NCBI GenBank assembly: GCA_963824735.1
Contig: CAWGQH010000009.1
Span: 12,142 to 76,141, forward strand
DNA: 64,000 nt
Direction: 5' to 3'
Source of the DNA: an uncultured Chloroflexia bacterium
GTDB lineage: Bacteria; Chloroflexota; Limnocylindria; Limnocylindrales; CSP1-4
Shown here: positions 11,642 through 22,095 of the stretch, in pieces
How the letters are laid out: each line of letters opens with the position of its first letter
Numbering within the stretch: the first letter of the stretch is position 1
Position numbers and translations under genes: made by a program
Notes under the pieces: generated by a model
The model's database searches: none
Told to the model about the DNA's origin: nothing
The model's input: only the letters and a program-made list of their open reading frames with translations

Positions 11642-12499
11642 ATGCCCGTCGAACCGCCGATCGTCACCCCGCGCTCGCTCGACGACGCCTACGCGGCCCT
11701 CGCCGAGGCGCCCCATCGGCCGATCGCGGGCGGGACCGACGTCATGGTCCAGCTCACCGGGGAGCTGGGGCCGGTCCCCGAGCGGATGGTCGACCTGTGG
11801 CGGCTCGACGAGCTGCGCGGCATCGGACTCGACGGCGACCGCCTCGTGCTCGGCGCGCTCACGACCTTCAGCGAGATCCGCCACTCCCCGTTGTGCCGCG
11901 AGGTGGTGCCGGCCCTGGTCGAGGCGGCGGCCACGATCGGCGCGGCGCAGATCCAGAACCGCGCCACGATCGGCGGCAACGCGATGAATGCCTCACCGGC
12001 CGGCGATTCGCTGCCGGTCCTGCTCGCGACCGACGCCGAGTTCGTCGCCGGCTCGCGGCGCGGTGAGCGGACGATCCCCGCAGGCGCGTTCTGGGTGGCC
12101 TACCGCACGACGGCGCTCGAGCCCGACGAGCTGCTGCTGCGAATCCGCATCCCGTTGGTGCCGGGGCGTGAGCTGCGCTTCCGCAAGGTCGGCACGCGCC
12201 GCGCCCAGGCCATCAGCAAGGTCGTGCTCGCGCTCGCCCGGCGTGAGACGGAGCCTGGCGGCCGCTGGACCGAGGTTCGCCTGGCACTCGGGTCCGTGGC
12301 GGACCGGCCCATCCGGGCGGCCGCCACCGAGGCCGTCCTCGAAGGCGCCGAGCCCGACCAGGGGACGGCCGACCGCGCGGCCGACACGCTGGCCGGCGAG
12401 CTCCGGCCGATCGACGACGTCCGTTCGACGGCCGACTACCGTCGGACGGTCGCCGCGCGCGTGCTCCATCGGCTCGTGCGCGAGGCCGGCGGCTGGTGA
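11642..12499 (+). CDS. xdhB: Xanthine dehydrogenase FAD-binding subunit
   Basis: IAGGTD, QIQNRATIGGN, ASPAGD and DDVRSTADYR motifs. Confidence 0.93.
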   Translation: MPVEPPIVTPRSLDDAYAALAEAPHRPIAGGTDVMVQLTGELGPVPERMVDLWRLDELRGIGLDGDRLVLGALTTFSEIRHSPLCREVVPALVEAAATIGAAQIQNRATIGGNAMNASPAGDSLPVLLATDAEFVAGSRRGERTIPAGAFWVAYRTTALEPDELLLRIRIPLVPGRELRFRKVGTRRAQAISKVVLALARRETEPGGRWTEVRLALGSVADRPIRAAATEAVLEGAEPDQGTADRAADTLAGELRPIDDVRSTADYRRTVAARVLHRLVREAGGW

Positions 12500-13014
12500 T
12501 CGACCTCGAGGTCGGGCCCGCCGACGAATTCGAGGCCGCTGTCGCGCCGCTGTTCGAGGGTGCGCCGCAGTTCCTCGCGCGGCTCGCGGCGGCGCGGCCG
12601 TTCGCCACGCCGGACCAGTTGTTCGCCACCGCCCGATCGATCGCCCATGCCATGCCCGAGGCGGACCAGATCGAGCTGATCGATGCGCATCCGCGCCTTG
12701 GCGCTCCACCCGGATCGGTGTCGGCGCTGTCGTTCGTCGAGCAGGGTTACGACCGCGACGCCGCAGACGCGGCGGCCGAGACCGAGCGTGCCCGCGTCGC
12801 CGCGCAGCTGGAGCGCCTCAACGCCGCGTACGAGGCACGGTTCGGCTTCCGCTACTGCGTGTTCGTGGCCGGCCGGCCGCGCGCGGCGCTGATCCCCGGG
12901 TTCGAGGCCGCGCTGGAACGGCCGCGCGACGACGAACTGCACCGGGCACTCGATGCGGTGGTGGACATCGCGATCGACCGGCATGCGAAGCTGTCAGCGG
13001 AGGGAGCGCGATGA
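12496..13014 (+). CDS. uraD: OHCU decarboxylase
   Basis: HPRLG and LNAAYEARFGFRYCVFV motifs. Directly upstream of uricase. Confidence 0.9.
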   Translation: MIDLEVGPADEFEAAVAPLFEGAPQFLARLAAARPFATPDQLFATARSIAHAMPEADQIELIDAHPRLGAPPGSVSALSFVEQGYDRDAADAAAETERARVAAQLERLNAAYEARFGFRYCVFVAGRPRAALIPGFEAALERPRDDELHRALDAVVDIAIDRHAKLSAEGAR

Positions 13015-13856
13015 TCGAGCTCGGCGCGAACCGCTACGGCAAGGCGCAGATCCGCCTGGTGCGCGTGGTCCGCGGGCCGGGTGCCCACCGGCTGCGCGAC
13101 CTCACCGTGGCGATCGCGCTCGAAGGCGAGTTCACGGCCGCGCACGTCGACGGCGACAACGAGCTGGTCGTGGCGACCGACACGATGAAGAACACCGCCT
13201 ACGCGTTCGCCAAGGAACACCTCGACGGGTCGCTCGAAGCCTACGGCCGCGCGCTCGCCGACCACTTCCTCGCGTTCGAGCAGGTCGACCGGGCGAGCGT
13301 CTCGATCCGCGAGCACGGCTGGTCGCCGATCGCCACGCCGAACGGGCCGGCGCCCGATGCCTTCGTCCGCGCCGGCAGCGGAACGCGCGTCGCGACCGTG
13401 GTCGCCGCCCTCGGCGGGACGACGATCGAGGCCGGCGTCGAGGATCTCGTCGTCATGAAGACCGCGCGCTCGGCGTTCAGCGGTTTCCCGCGCGACCAGT
13501 ACACAACTCTGCGCGACACCGACGACCGGATCATGGCCACCAAGGTCACCGCGATCTGGCGCTACGGCTCGCCGGACCTCGCCTCGGACGCGCTCCACGC
13601 TGCGGTCCAGGCGACGCTGCTCGAGGTCTTCGCCGACCATGACAGCCCGTCGGTCCAGACCTCTATCTGGCTGATGGCGCGCGCGATCCTCGAACGGCAC
13701 GAGGAGGTGGCCGAGGTGCGCATGGCGCTGCCAAACCTGCACCACTGGCTCGCCGACCTGTCGCCGTTCGGGCTCGAGAACGACAACGAGATCTTCATCG
13801 CCACGACCGAGCCGCACGGGCTCATCGAGGCGACCGTCCGCCGCGGGGAGGGCTGA
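13011..13856 (+). CDS. pucL: Factor-independent urate oxidase (uricase)
   Basis: NRYGKA, ATDTMKNT, SPSVQ and LPNLHH motifs. ATGA overlap with uraD. Confidence 0.95.
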   Translation: MIELGANRYGKAQIRLVRVVRGPGAHRLRDLTVAIALEGEFTAAHVDGDNELVVATDTMKNTAYAFAKEHLDGSLEAYGRALADHFLAFEQVDRASVSIREHGWSPIATPNGPAPDAFVRAGSGTRVATVVAALGGTTIEAGVEDLVVMKTARSAFSGFPRDQYTTLRDTDDRIMATKVTAIWRYGSPDLASDALHAAVQATLLEVFADHDSPSVQTSIWLMARAILERHEEVAEVRMALPNLHHWLADLSPFGLENDNEIFIATTEPHGLIEATVRRGEG

Positions 13857-13859
13857 ACG

Positions 13860-15433
<1,574 letters not shown>

Positions 15434-15437
<4 letters not shown>

Positions 15438-16268
15438 GCAGGCCGGCCGAAGTCGCCGAGCGGGCGGACGAGGTCGAGGACAAGGCGAGCGATCTCAGCC
15501 GGCGCCTCGACCGCGACCAGGTGCGCGACGCCCGGCACGACCACGAAACGAGCGCCTGGAACGTTCGCCTCGAGATGGCGCCCGAACAGTTCGACGTACG
15601 AGAAATCGAGCGCGCCGTGGACGAACAGGATCGGCATCGTCAGGCGGTCGAGCCGTTCGGCGGCGGGCGGGTCGAGCGGCGCCTTGCGACCGAAGACGCG
15701 GCCCGCATCGTTCGTCGCGCGGACCATCGGTCGGAGGAACGCGCGCACCTCCCCGGGTAGCCGCTCCACCGGCTGGTCGACCCCCGCGCCCCACAGCGCA
15801 AGCTCGAAATCGGTCAGGGCCTCGATGTCACCAGCCTGGTCGATCTCCTCATAGCGCTGCTCGACTGCCTCGTCGCGCGGCGACATCTGGACGTCGAGGC
15901 CGCCGATGCCCGAGGCGAGCTGGACCAGCGCCGCGACGCGATCGGGGTGACTCACCGCGAGGTCGAGCGCGATCTGACCGCCCTGCGAGTTGCCCACGAG
16001 GGCCGCTCGCTCGATAGCCGAACGCGTCCAGCACGGCGAGCAGGTCGTCGACGCGGCTGAACTCGACGTCCTCGGTTGCCGAGCGGCCGAACCCCCGGGC
16101 GTCGTAGCGGATCGTGCGATAGCCGGCGTCCGTCAGCAGCGGAACGAACGGTTCCCACACGCGCGAATCGACGACGCCTGCGTGCAGCAGCACGATCGGC
16201 GGTCCGTCGCCCTCTCCGACGGCGTACAGGCGGCCACCGGGCACCGGGATCATCCGTTCGTCGCGCAT
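15434..16268 (-). CDS. Alpha/beta hydrolase (frameshift near 16016)
   Basis: [14 protein letters not shown], nucleophile elbow GNSQGG, HGALD and VAH. The two track ORFs join after removing one base. Confidence 0.85.
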
Positions 16269-16290
16269 CGTCCTCCCTGTCGCTCCCCGG

Positions 16291-17760
16291 TCAGGGTATG
16301 CGGTACAGCTTGTAGAAGCCGCCGACGCCGAGCTCCTCGCATGGTGTGCAGTCGGTGACGCTGCTCAGGACGACCGCGCCGGACGGTGCGCGCGTGTCGC
16401 GTGGCAGGTGGACGAACCGCTCCGGCCCAACGCCGCGCAAGGCGCCGTACCAGTAGCCGTGGACATAGGTCGGCACGATGCCGTCCTCGAGGTAGATCGG
16501 GTCGGCCCCGGTCGCCAGCGCGGCGTCCAGCAGCCGCGGGTACTCGGCGTCGAACCAGCCGCCCCGGTTGCGCGCGATCTCGTCGTAGCGGACCTGGAAC
16601 CAGATGCCCTGCACGACGACCGCGACGGCGAGGACGGCGAACGCCCCTTTTCGCGCGGCGCCGGAGGTGCCTGCGCCGCCCAGCAGCCACTCCTGCGCCG
16701 GGATCGTGAGGGCGATCGCGAAGATCGGGACGGCGATGAGGCGATGGACGTGGAACGGGTCGAGCGTCAGCGATGCCGGGATGAACGAGGCCACGAGCCC
16801 GAACAGCAGATAGCGCAGGAATGGTTCGGCGGTGAAGCGGCGAATCGCCACGACGATGCCGATGAGCGCGAAGCCGAGGACCCCGAGAAGCATGCTTCCA
16901 CCGATCCCCAGGACATGGTGCCGTTCGTTCGGGTCGCCGGTCACCAGCAGGCGGTAGGGATCGAGGTTGCCGAGCAACTGGGTGACGAACGTGCCGGCCA
17001 CCTCGGGCAGCGGCCGTCCGAGGTACCCGGCTTCGGTCAGGCGGACGAGCAGCGCGTCCGGCGCAAACAGGTTGAACAACAGGAACGGGATGAGGAGTAG
17101 GCCAAAGACGAGCCAGGTGCCCGCGACCGCGCGCCAGCGGTCGCGGCTCACGTAGACGAGCAGGCCAAGCGCGAGCAGCGGGCCGAGCAGCCGGCCAAGC
17201 GTGTACGTGTAGGTGAGCAGCGCGAGGATCGCGGCGAGCAGCACGATCGACCAGCGCGAGGAGCCCGGCGGGCGCGCCTGGAGCGCGAGCAGGAATCCCC
17301 CGACGAGGGCGGGCATCAGGGCGACCTCCATGGCCAGCCGCGTCGGTTCGAACGTCCATGGCAGGAGGAGCGTCATCGCAGCAGTCAGGACGGCGACGAG
17401 CGGACGCCCGGTCATGCGGAATGCCAGCGCGCCCATGAATACGATGGCCGCAACCCCGGCGGAGGCCGAAACGACGCGTGCGGCGAGGATGCTCGGGCCG
17501 GTGACGGCGAAGACCGCGGCAAGCAGGTAGATGTACGGGGCGGTCTTCCAGTCGCCGAACGACTCGAAGAAGATCGGCCACGGCCGGCCGTGCTCGTCGG
17601 CGCCCGTGGTGACAAGCGACCAGGCATTCCACGAGAACGACGACTCGTCGAGGTAGTAGCCGCTCGGGCGGTCGGTAAGGCCGGTCAACTGGACGACCAG
17701 CACCACGAGCGCGAACGCAACGAGGGCGAGCGGCAGCCCGCGTCCCCTCAGGCGGTCCAT
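16291..17760 (-). CDS. GT-C glycosyltransferase (family 39/ArnT-like) membrane protein
   Basis: N-terminal TM helix, then the DE motif loop (YYLDESSFSWNAWSL..DEHG) and many TM helices. Confidence 0.8.
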   Translation of the reverse strand: MDRLRGRGLPLALVAFALVVLVVQLTGLTDRPSGYYLDESSFSWNAWSLVTTGADEHGRPWPIFFESFGDWKTAPYIYLLAAVFAVTGPSILAARVVSASAGVAAIVFMGALAFRMTGRPLVAVLTAAMTLLLPWTFEPTRLAMEVALMPALVGGFLLALQARPPGSSRWSIVLLAAILALLTYTYTLGRLLGPLLALGLLVYVSRDRWRAVAGTWLVFGLLLIPFLLFNLFAPDALLVRLTEAGYLGRPLPEVAGTFVTQLLGNLDPYRLLVTGDPNERHHVLGIGGSMLLGVLGFALIGIVVAIRRFTAEPFLRYLLFGLVASFIPASLTLDPFHVHRLIAVPIFAIALTIPAQEWLLGGAGTSGAARKGAFAVLAVAVVVQGIWFQVRYDEIARNRGGWFDAEYPRLLDAALATGADPIYLEDGIVPTYVHGYWYGALRGVGPERFVHLPRDTRAPSGAVVLSSVTDCTPCEELGVGGFYKLYRIP

Positions 17761-17763
17761 GCT

Positions 17764-19188
17764 TTAGCCGTCCCCGGCGTGACCACGCTCGACGAACCGT
17801 CCGAACCCCCGGCGGCCGACGAATGCGCCGTCGCGGATGACCGCCCGGCCTCGCACGAACACGCTGCGAACCGCGCCGACCGCATCGAGTCCTTCGTACG
17901 GGGTGTAGTCACTGGTGTGATGCAGGTCGGCGGCGCGGACCGTCCGTCGCGCCGCGGGGTCGAACAGAACGAGGTCTGCGTCCCGTCCCGGCTCGATGGC
18001 GCCCTTCCGCTCGAACCCGAAGAGCCGCGCGGGGGTCGTGGCCAGGAGATCGACCATGCGCTCGATCGTGAGCCGGCCAGGTGCGACGCCGCGGCTGTGG
18101 ACCACGGTCAGCAGTGTCTCGATCCCCGGCGCCCCGTTGCTGATGCCGTCGAAGGTGATCCCCGAGACGGCACCGGCCTTCTCCACCGAACGGCGGTCCG
18201 GGACGTGGTCGGTCGCCACCAGGTCGAGGTCGCCGCTCGCGAGGCCGTCCCACAGGACGTCGCAGTTGGCCCGCTCGCGAAGGGGCGGCGAGATGATCGC
18301 GCAGGCCACGTCGAGCTCGTCCGGCTGGTCGTAACGGGTCGCATCCAGCGCCAGGTAGTGGGGGCACGTCTCGGCGAACGCGCGCACCCCGGCCGCCTTC
18401 GCCTCGCGGACGTGGCGAAGCGCTGCGGCGGACGAGAGGTGCACGACGTAGACGGGCGCGCCATTGGCGCCGGCGAAGGCCATCGCGCGGTGGGTTGCGA
18501 CCGCCTCGGCCTCGGGTGATCGCGTGGCAGCGTGGTAGCGCGCTGCCGTGTTACCACGCTGAAGCGCCGCGTCGACGGCGGCGTCGATCAGGACCGGGTC
18601 CTCGCAGTGGACCTGGAGCATGCCGCCACGCTCGCCGAGCACCCGCATCGCCTCGAAGATGCGGTCCGGGTCGAGCCGGAAGTCGAACACCATGAACGCC
18701 TTGCACGTCGCGACGCCGGCATCGACGACGGCCGGCAGCTCGGCGATCGGGTCGTCCATCCGGCCCGAGATCGCCAGGCTCAGCCCGAAGTCGACGGCCG
18801 CGTCCGACTCGGTGGCGGTCCGCCACTCGCGCATCCCCGCCACGAGCGACCGTTCCGCGGCCGGTGACGACCCGGTTCCCGGGTTGTTGAACGCCAGGAA
18901 CGTCGTCGTGCCACCGAACGCTGCGGCCACGGAGTCCTGGAAGAAGCGGTCGGGCTCGGCGTCCGTGGCGACCCGCGTGTGGGTGTGCACGTCGACGGCG
19001 CCCGGCAGGACGAGGAGATCGGTCGCGTCGACGACCTCCCGGGCGGACGCGGTCAGCCCATCGAGATCGGGTTCGACTTGTTCGATCCGTCCGCCGGTCA
19101 CGAGCACGTCGGCACGGCGAGAACCGGCCGCGGCGACAACGGTTCCGCCGCGGACGAGCAGGTCAGCCCCGCCAGGTTCGATCGTCAC
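17764..19188 (-). CDS. hydA: Cyclic amidohydrolase, dihydropyrimidinase/hydantoinase type
   Basis: PGAVDVHTH, KAFM, VHCED, VVHLSS, ETCPHYL, SPPLR and TDH motifs. Confidence 0.85.
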   Translation of the reverse strand: MTIEPGGADLLVRGGTVVAAAGSRRADVLVTGGRIEQVEPDLDGLTASAREVVDATDLLVLPGAVDVHTHTRVATDAEPDRFFQDSVAAAFGGTTTFLAFNNPGTGSSPAAERSLVAGMREWRTATESDAAVDFGLSLAISGRMDDPIAELPAVVDAGVATCKAFMVFDFRLDPDRIFEAMRVLGERGGMLQVHCEDPVLIDAAVDAALQRGNTAARYHAATRSPEAEAVATHRAMAFAGANGAPVYVVHLSSAAALRHVREAKAAGVRAFAETCPHYLALDATRYDQPDELDVACAIISPPLRERANCDVLWDGLASGDLDLVATDHVPDRRSVEKAGAVSGITFDGISNGAPGIETLLTVVHSRGVAPGRLTIERMVDLLATTPARLFGFERKGAIEPGRDADLVLFDPAARRTVRAADLHHTSDYTPYEGLDAVGAVRSVFVRGRAVIRDGAFVGRRGFGRFVERGHAGDG

Positions 19189-19230
19189 CCCGCGAGAATA
19201 GCGATCCCGGGCATCACCCCGGGCAGGATG

Positions 19231-20571
19231 TCAGTCCGAATTCGACGACGCGGCGAGGATCGCCTCGAGCACCGGATCGCGCCCGGCGAAGTAGTCGTCC
19301 GCCGTCAGCTCGGCGCGGATTTCCGGTTCGATCGTGATCCGCATGTCGTCGGGCGTGCTGCGCTCCCAGTAGCGGGCCGCCATCCGCAGGATCTGGCCGC
19401 TGTCGGGAAGCGTGACGGGACGCGTGTCGCCGAACAGGTTCGGGCTCCCGCCCATGTCCTCGCCGGCGAACGTGACCGAGGTGGCCCCCTCGAGATCGGT
19501 CGCGAAGTTCGCTGCGGCCGAGAACGTCACGCGGCCGATGATCGCGTACAGCTTCCCGGGCCGGTCGATCGCCGGGTCGCGGAGCGCCAGCTCGAGCGGA
19601 GCCAGCGTCGTGTTGTCGCCGCCGCTGTTGTGGCGCAGGTCGATCACCACGCGCTCGACGTCGTCGGCCTGTGCGCGCTCGCGAATCTCGGCAATGACGT
19701 CGGTTGCGTCGCCGCGCACGGCGTTGAACTGCGCGAACAGCGTCCCGGAATCCTCGAGGAACGTCCACCACAGCGTCTCGTCCTGGTCGCGCAGCCAGGG
19801 CGCGTCGGTTGGGGCGAGCCGGTGGGGCAGCCCGGAATCCCACGCGTCCTCGATGGCCGGAGTGACCGGCTCGATCGTCACGTCGCGCCGGACGCCGTCC
19901 CGCCCGACCACCGTGAACGCCGTCGGGCCTGCTTCGTCGATCACGCCGAGCCCCGCCAGCAGCTCGCTGACCCGCAGGAAGAGCGTGCTGAACGCCAGCA
20001 GGTTCGACGGATTGTCGCGGGGCGCAAGCGGCTCGACGAGCCCGAGCACCTCATCGATCGGTCGCCCGCCGATCGCCTCCACGCGAGCGCCCACGAGGTC
20101 CTCGTACGGCGCCCGAGCCGCGGTGATGACCAGGCCCTCGGGGAAGCGCCACCAGCGGACCGGGTAGAGGTGCGTTCCGTCGTCGGGCGTGAACGGCCAG
20201 ATGCCGCTGTGGCCGTCGCGCCCGTTCCAGGTCGGCATCGCGGCGAGACGGATCAGCTCGACGAGGCGCTGGTCGTCGGACAGGGTATCGGCTCGAGCGG
20301 CGACCTCGTCGGCGGCCGCGATCCACTCGGATCGATCCATGCCGAACCAGCCGTCGGGGTGGATGGTGTCCCGGGCCTCCAACATCGCCTCGACGTCGGC
20401 CCGGAATCCGCCGGCGGCCATCGCGCTCGGCGTCGCCGTCGCACGTTGCGGCGTCGCGGCGGCGGACGGGGCGGACGGTGCTGACGAACCGCACGCAACC
20501 CCAAGGAGCCCGATCACCACGAAGACGATACTGCCAGATGGTACTTTCCTGCGGGCGGCGTGCACCGGCAT
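19231..20571 (-). CDS. Lipoprotein with S41 peptidase-like domain
   Basis: Lipobox GVACG, IDLRHNSGGD and VTFSAA (S41-type nucleophile region). Start approximate. Confidence 0.7.
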   Translation of the reverse strand: MPVHAARRKVPSGSIVFVVIGLLGVACGSSAPSAPSAAATPQRATATPSAMAAGGFRADVEAMLEARDTIHPDGWFGMDRSEWIAAADEVAARADTLSDDQRLVELIRLAAMPTWNGRDGHSGIWPFTPDDGTHLYPVRWWRFPEGLVITAARAPYEDLVGARVEAIGGRPIDEVLGLVEPLAPRDNPSNLLAFSTLFLRVSELLAGLGVIDEAGPTAFTVVGRDGVRRDVTIEPVTPAIEDAWDSGLPHRLAPTDAPWLRDQDETLWWTFLEDSGTLFAQFNAVRGDATDVIAEIRERAQADDVERVVIDLRHNSGGDNTTLAPLELALRDPAIDRPGKLYAIIGRVTFSAAANFATDLEGATSVTFAGEDMGGSPNLFGDTRPVTLPDSGQILRMAARYWERSTPDDMRITIEPEIRAELTADDYFAGRDPVLEAILAASSNSD

Positions 20572-20588
20572 CTCCTACGTGGCTGGCG

Positions 20589-21062
20589 TCAGGCGGTCTG
20601 ATCGGCGGAATCGGCGGACAGGCGTTCCCGCGCGACAGTCGCTGCGCGCCCGATCCCGCGGAGGACGGCGCGAGTCTCCTCCTCGTCGGTCGCCAGGGCG
20701 CCCATGAACCGTGCGTCGGCCTCGCTGAATGCGGCGCTCGCGGCTGCCTGGGCATCCAGGCCCGCATCGGTCAGCACGATCCGGTAGGAGCGGCGGTCCG
20801 CGGGTGACAGGGCGCGCTCCGCATGGCCCCGCTCGAACATCGCGCGCACGAAATGCGACATCGACGTCGGCGGCATGCCCGTACGCCGGGCCAGCTCCGT
20901 CGGAGCATGCGGGCCCTCGTCGAACAGGACGCTGTAGACCGCGTACTCCTCGGGCGTCAGCGGCGAATCGATCATCGCCTCGCGAACCAGCTCACCGGCG
21001 GAACGCGACGCCGCGTACAGCTCGAAGAGCAGGGAAAGTCGAGATCCAGGCCGGCGTCGCAC
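20589..21062 (-). CDS. MarR-family transcriptional regulator
   Basis: LTPEEYAVYSVL, ELARRTGM and wing DRRSYRIVLTDAG motifs. GTG at 21062 lies 7 nt after TAGCAT. Confidence 0.88.
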   Translation of the reverse strand: MRRRPGSRLSLLFELYAASRSAGELVREAMIDSPLTPEEYAVYSVLFDEGPHAPTELARRTGMPPTSMSHFVRAMFERGHAERALSPADRRSYRIVLTDAGLDAQAAASAAFSEADARFMGALATDEEETRAVLRGIGRAATVARERLSADSADQTA

Positions 21063-21072
21063 GAGCGAGATG

Positions 21073-21086
21073 CTACCACATGGTAG
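21073..21086. promoter_or_regulatory. Palindromic candidate MarR operator overlapping the -10 box
   Basis: CTACCA-CA-TGGTAG inverted repeat, overlapping the minus-strand TAGCAT (21070-21075). Confidence 0.55.
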
Positions 21087-21094
21087 GACCGTGG

Positions 21095-21298
21095 CTAATG
21101 CGGTGCGGCGTGGTCGTCCTGCCCGGTCGGCCGCTCCGGGTCCTCCAGGGTGCTCGTCTCGGCGGGCGCGTCGGCCCGTCGTTCGCGTTCGCGCGCGCGC
21201 TGCTCGGCTCGCTGACGACGTTGCCACCAGCGGGCGAACACGATCGTGATCACGATGATGAAGATGGTGTCGAACAGCGGCCGAAGGTTCGGATCCAC
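21095..21298 (-). CDS. Small single-pass membrane protein
   Basis: One hydrophobic helix followed by an Arg-rich stretch. Starts 3 nt after the DUF3830 stop. Confidence 0.65.
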   Translation of the reverse strand: MDPNLRPLFDTIFIIVITIVFARWWQRRQRAEQRARERERRADAPAETSTLEDPERPTGQDDHAAPH

Positions 21299-21301
21299 CG
21301 C

Positions 21302-21724
21302 CTAGCCGACCTCCTCGATCCGGATCGGCTGGGCGCCTTCCCACAGCGTGCGGCGTCCCATCTCGCGGAGGCGGTCCTGCCAGCCGTCGTCGGGAACGAT
21401 CGACGCGAAATGGTTGGCGGCCAGCTGGCCCACCTTCGACGACGTCGTGCACGCCCCGTACGGGAAGAAGATCTCGCACTCGCTGATGCCGCCCGGGTAC
21501 ATCGCGAGCATCCCGGGGGCGGGGTGCGAGGTGTGGTTCTCGTAGTCGATGCCCGGCCGGAAGTCGCCGTACGGGATCCACACCGACTCGCCCGACCAGC
21601 GGCAGTGGATCACCTTCGACTCGATGGGCAGCATCCGTCGGATGGCCTCGATCGTCTGCGGCGCGGCCGCCTCCCAGCGGGCGCTAAAGTGCAGGTCGCC
21701 GACCTCGATTTGCAACGTACCCAT
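21302..21724 (-). CDS. DUF3830-family protein (cyclophilin-like fold)
   Basis: IHCRWSGE, ENHTSHPAPG and YPGGISECEI motifs recalled for DUF3830. Leaderless TATCCT-N6-ATG start. Confidence 0.82.
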   Translation of the reverse strand: MGTLQIEVGDLHFSARWEAAAPQTIEAIRRMLPIESKVIHCRWSGESVWIPYGDFRPGIDYENHTSHPAPGMLAMYPGGISECEIFFPYGACTTSSKVGQLAANHFASIVPDDGWQDRLREMGRRTLWEGAQPIRIEEVG

Positions 21725-21738
21725 GCGCGGAGGATAGC

Positions 21739-22089
21739 GTGGCCAACCCACAGGCTCCCGGCGCACCGACGATCTCGACCCACGTTCTCGACACCGAACG
21801 GGGTGCGCCTGCGCAAGGGGTCCACGTGACCCTGTATCGCCTCGATGTCGGCGTGGGGGCCCCGATCCGCATGACCCAGGCGTTGACCGACGGAGACGGG
21901 CGCATCCACGACCTGCTCGAGCGCCCCCTCGTTGCCGGGGACTATCGCCTGGAGTTCGACATCGCCCACGAGGATGGGTCGTTCTTCACACGCCTCGCGA
22001 TCGACCTGCGCATCACCGACACGGGCCGCAGCTACCACGTCCCGCTGCTGCTGGCGCCCTACGCCATGACGACCTACCGGGGCAGCTGA
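21739..22089 (+). CDS. uraH: 5-hydroxyisourate hydrolase (transthyretin-like)
   Basis: STHVLDT..G.PA, YHVPLLL and C-terminal YRGS. GGAGG at 21729-21733. Confidence 0.95.
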   Translation: MANPQAPGAPTISTHVLDTERGAPAQGVHVTLYRLDVGVGAPIRMTQALTDGDGRIHDLLERPLVAGDYRLEFDIAHEDGSFFTRLAIDLRITDTGRSYHVPLLLAPYAMTTYRGS

Positions 22090-22095
22090 CGCCGG

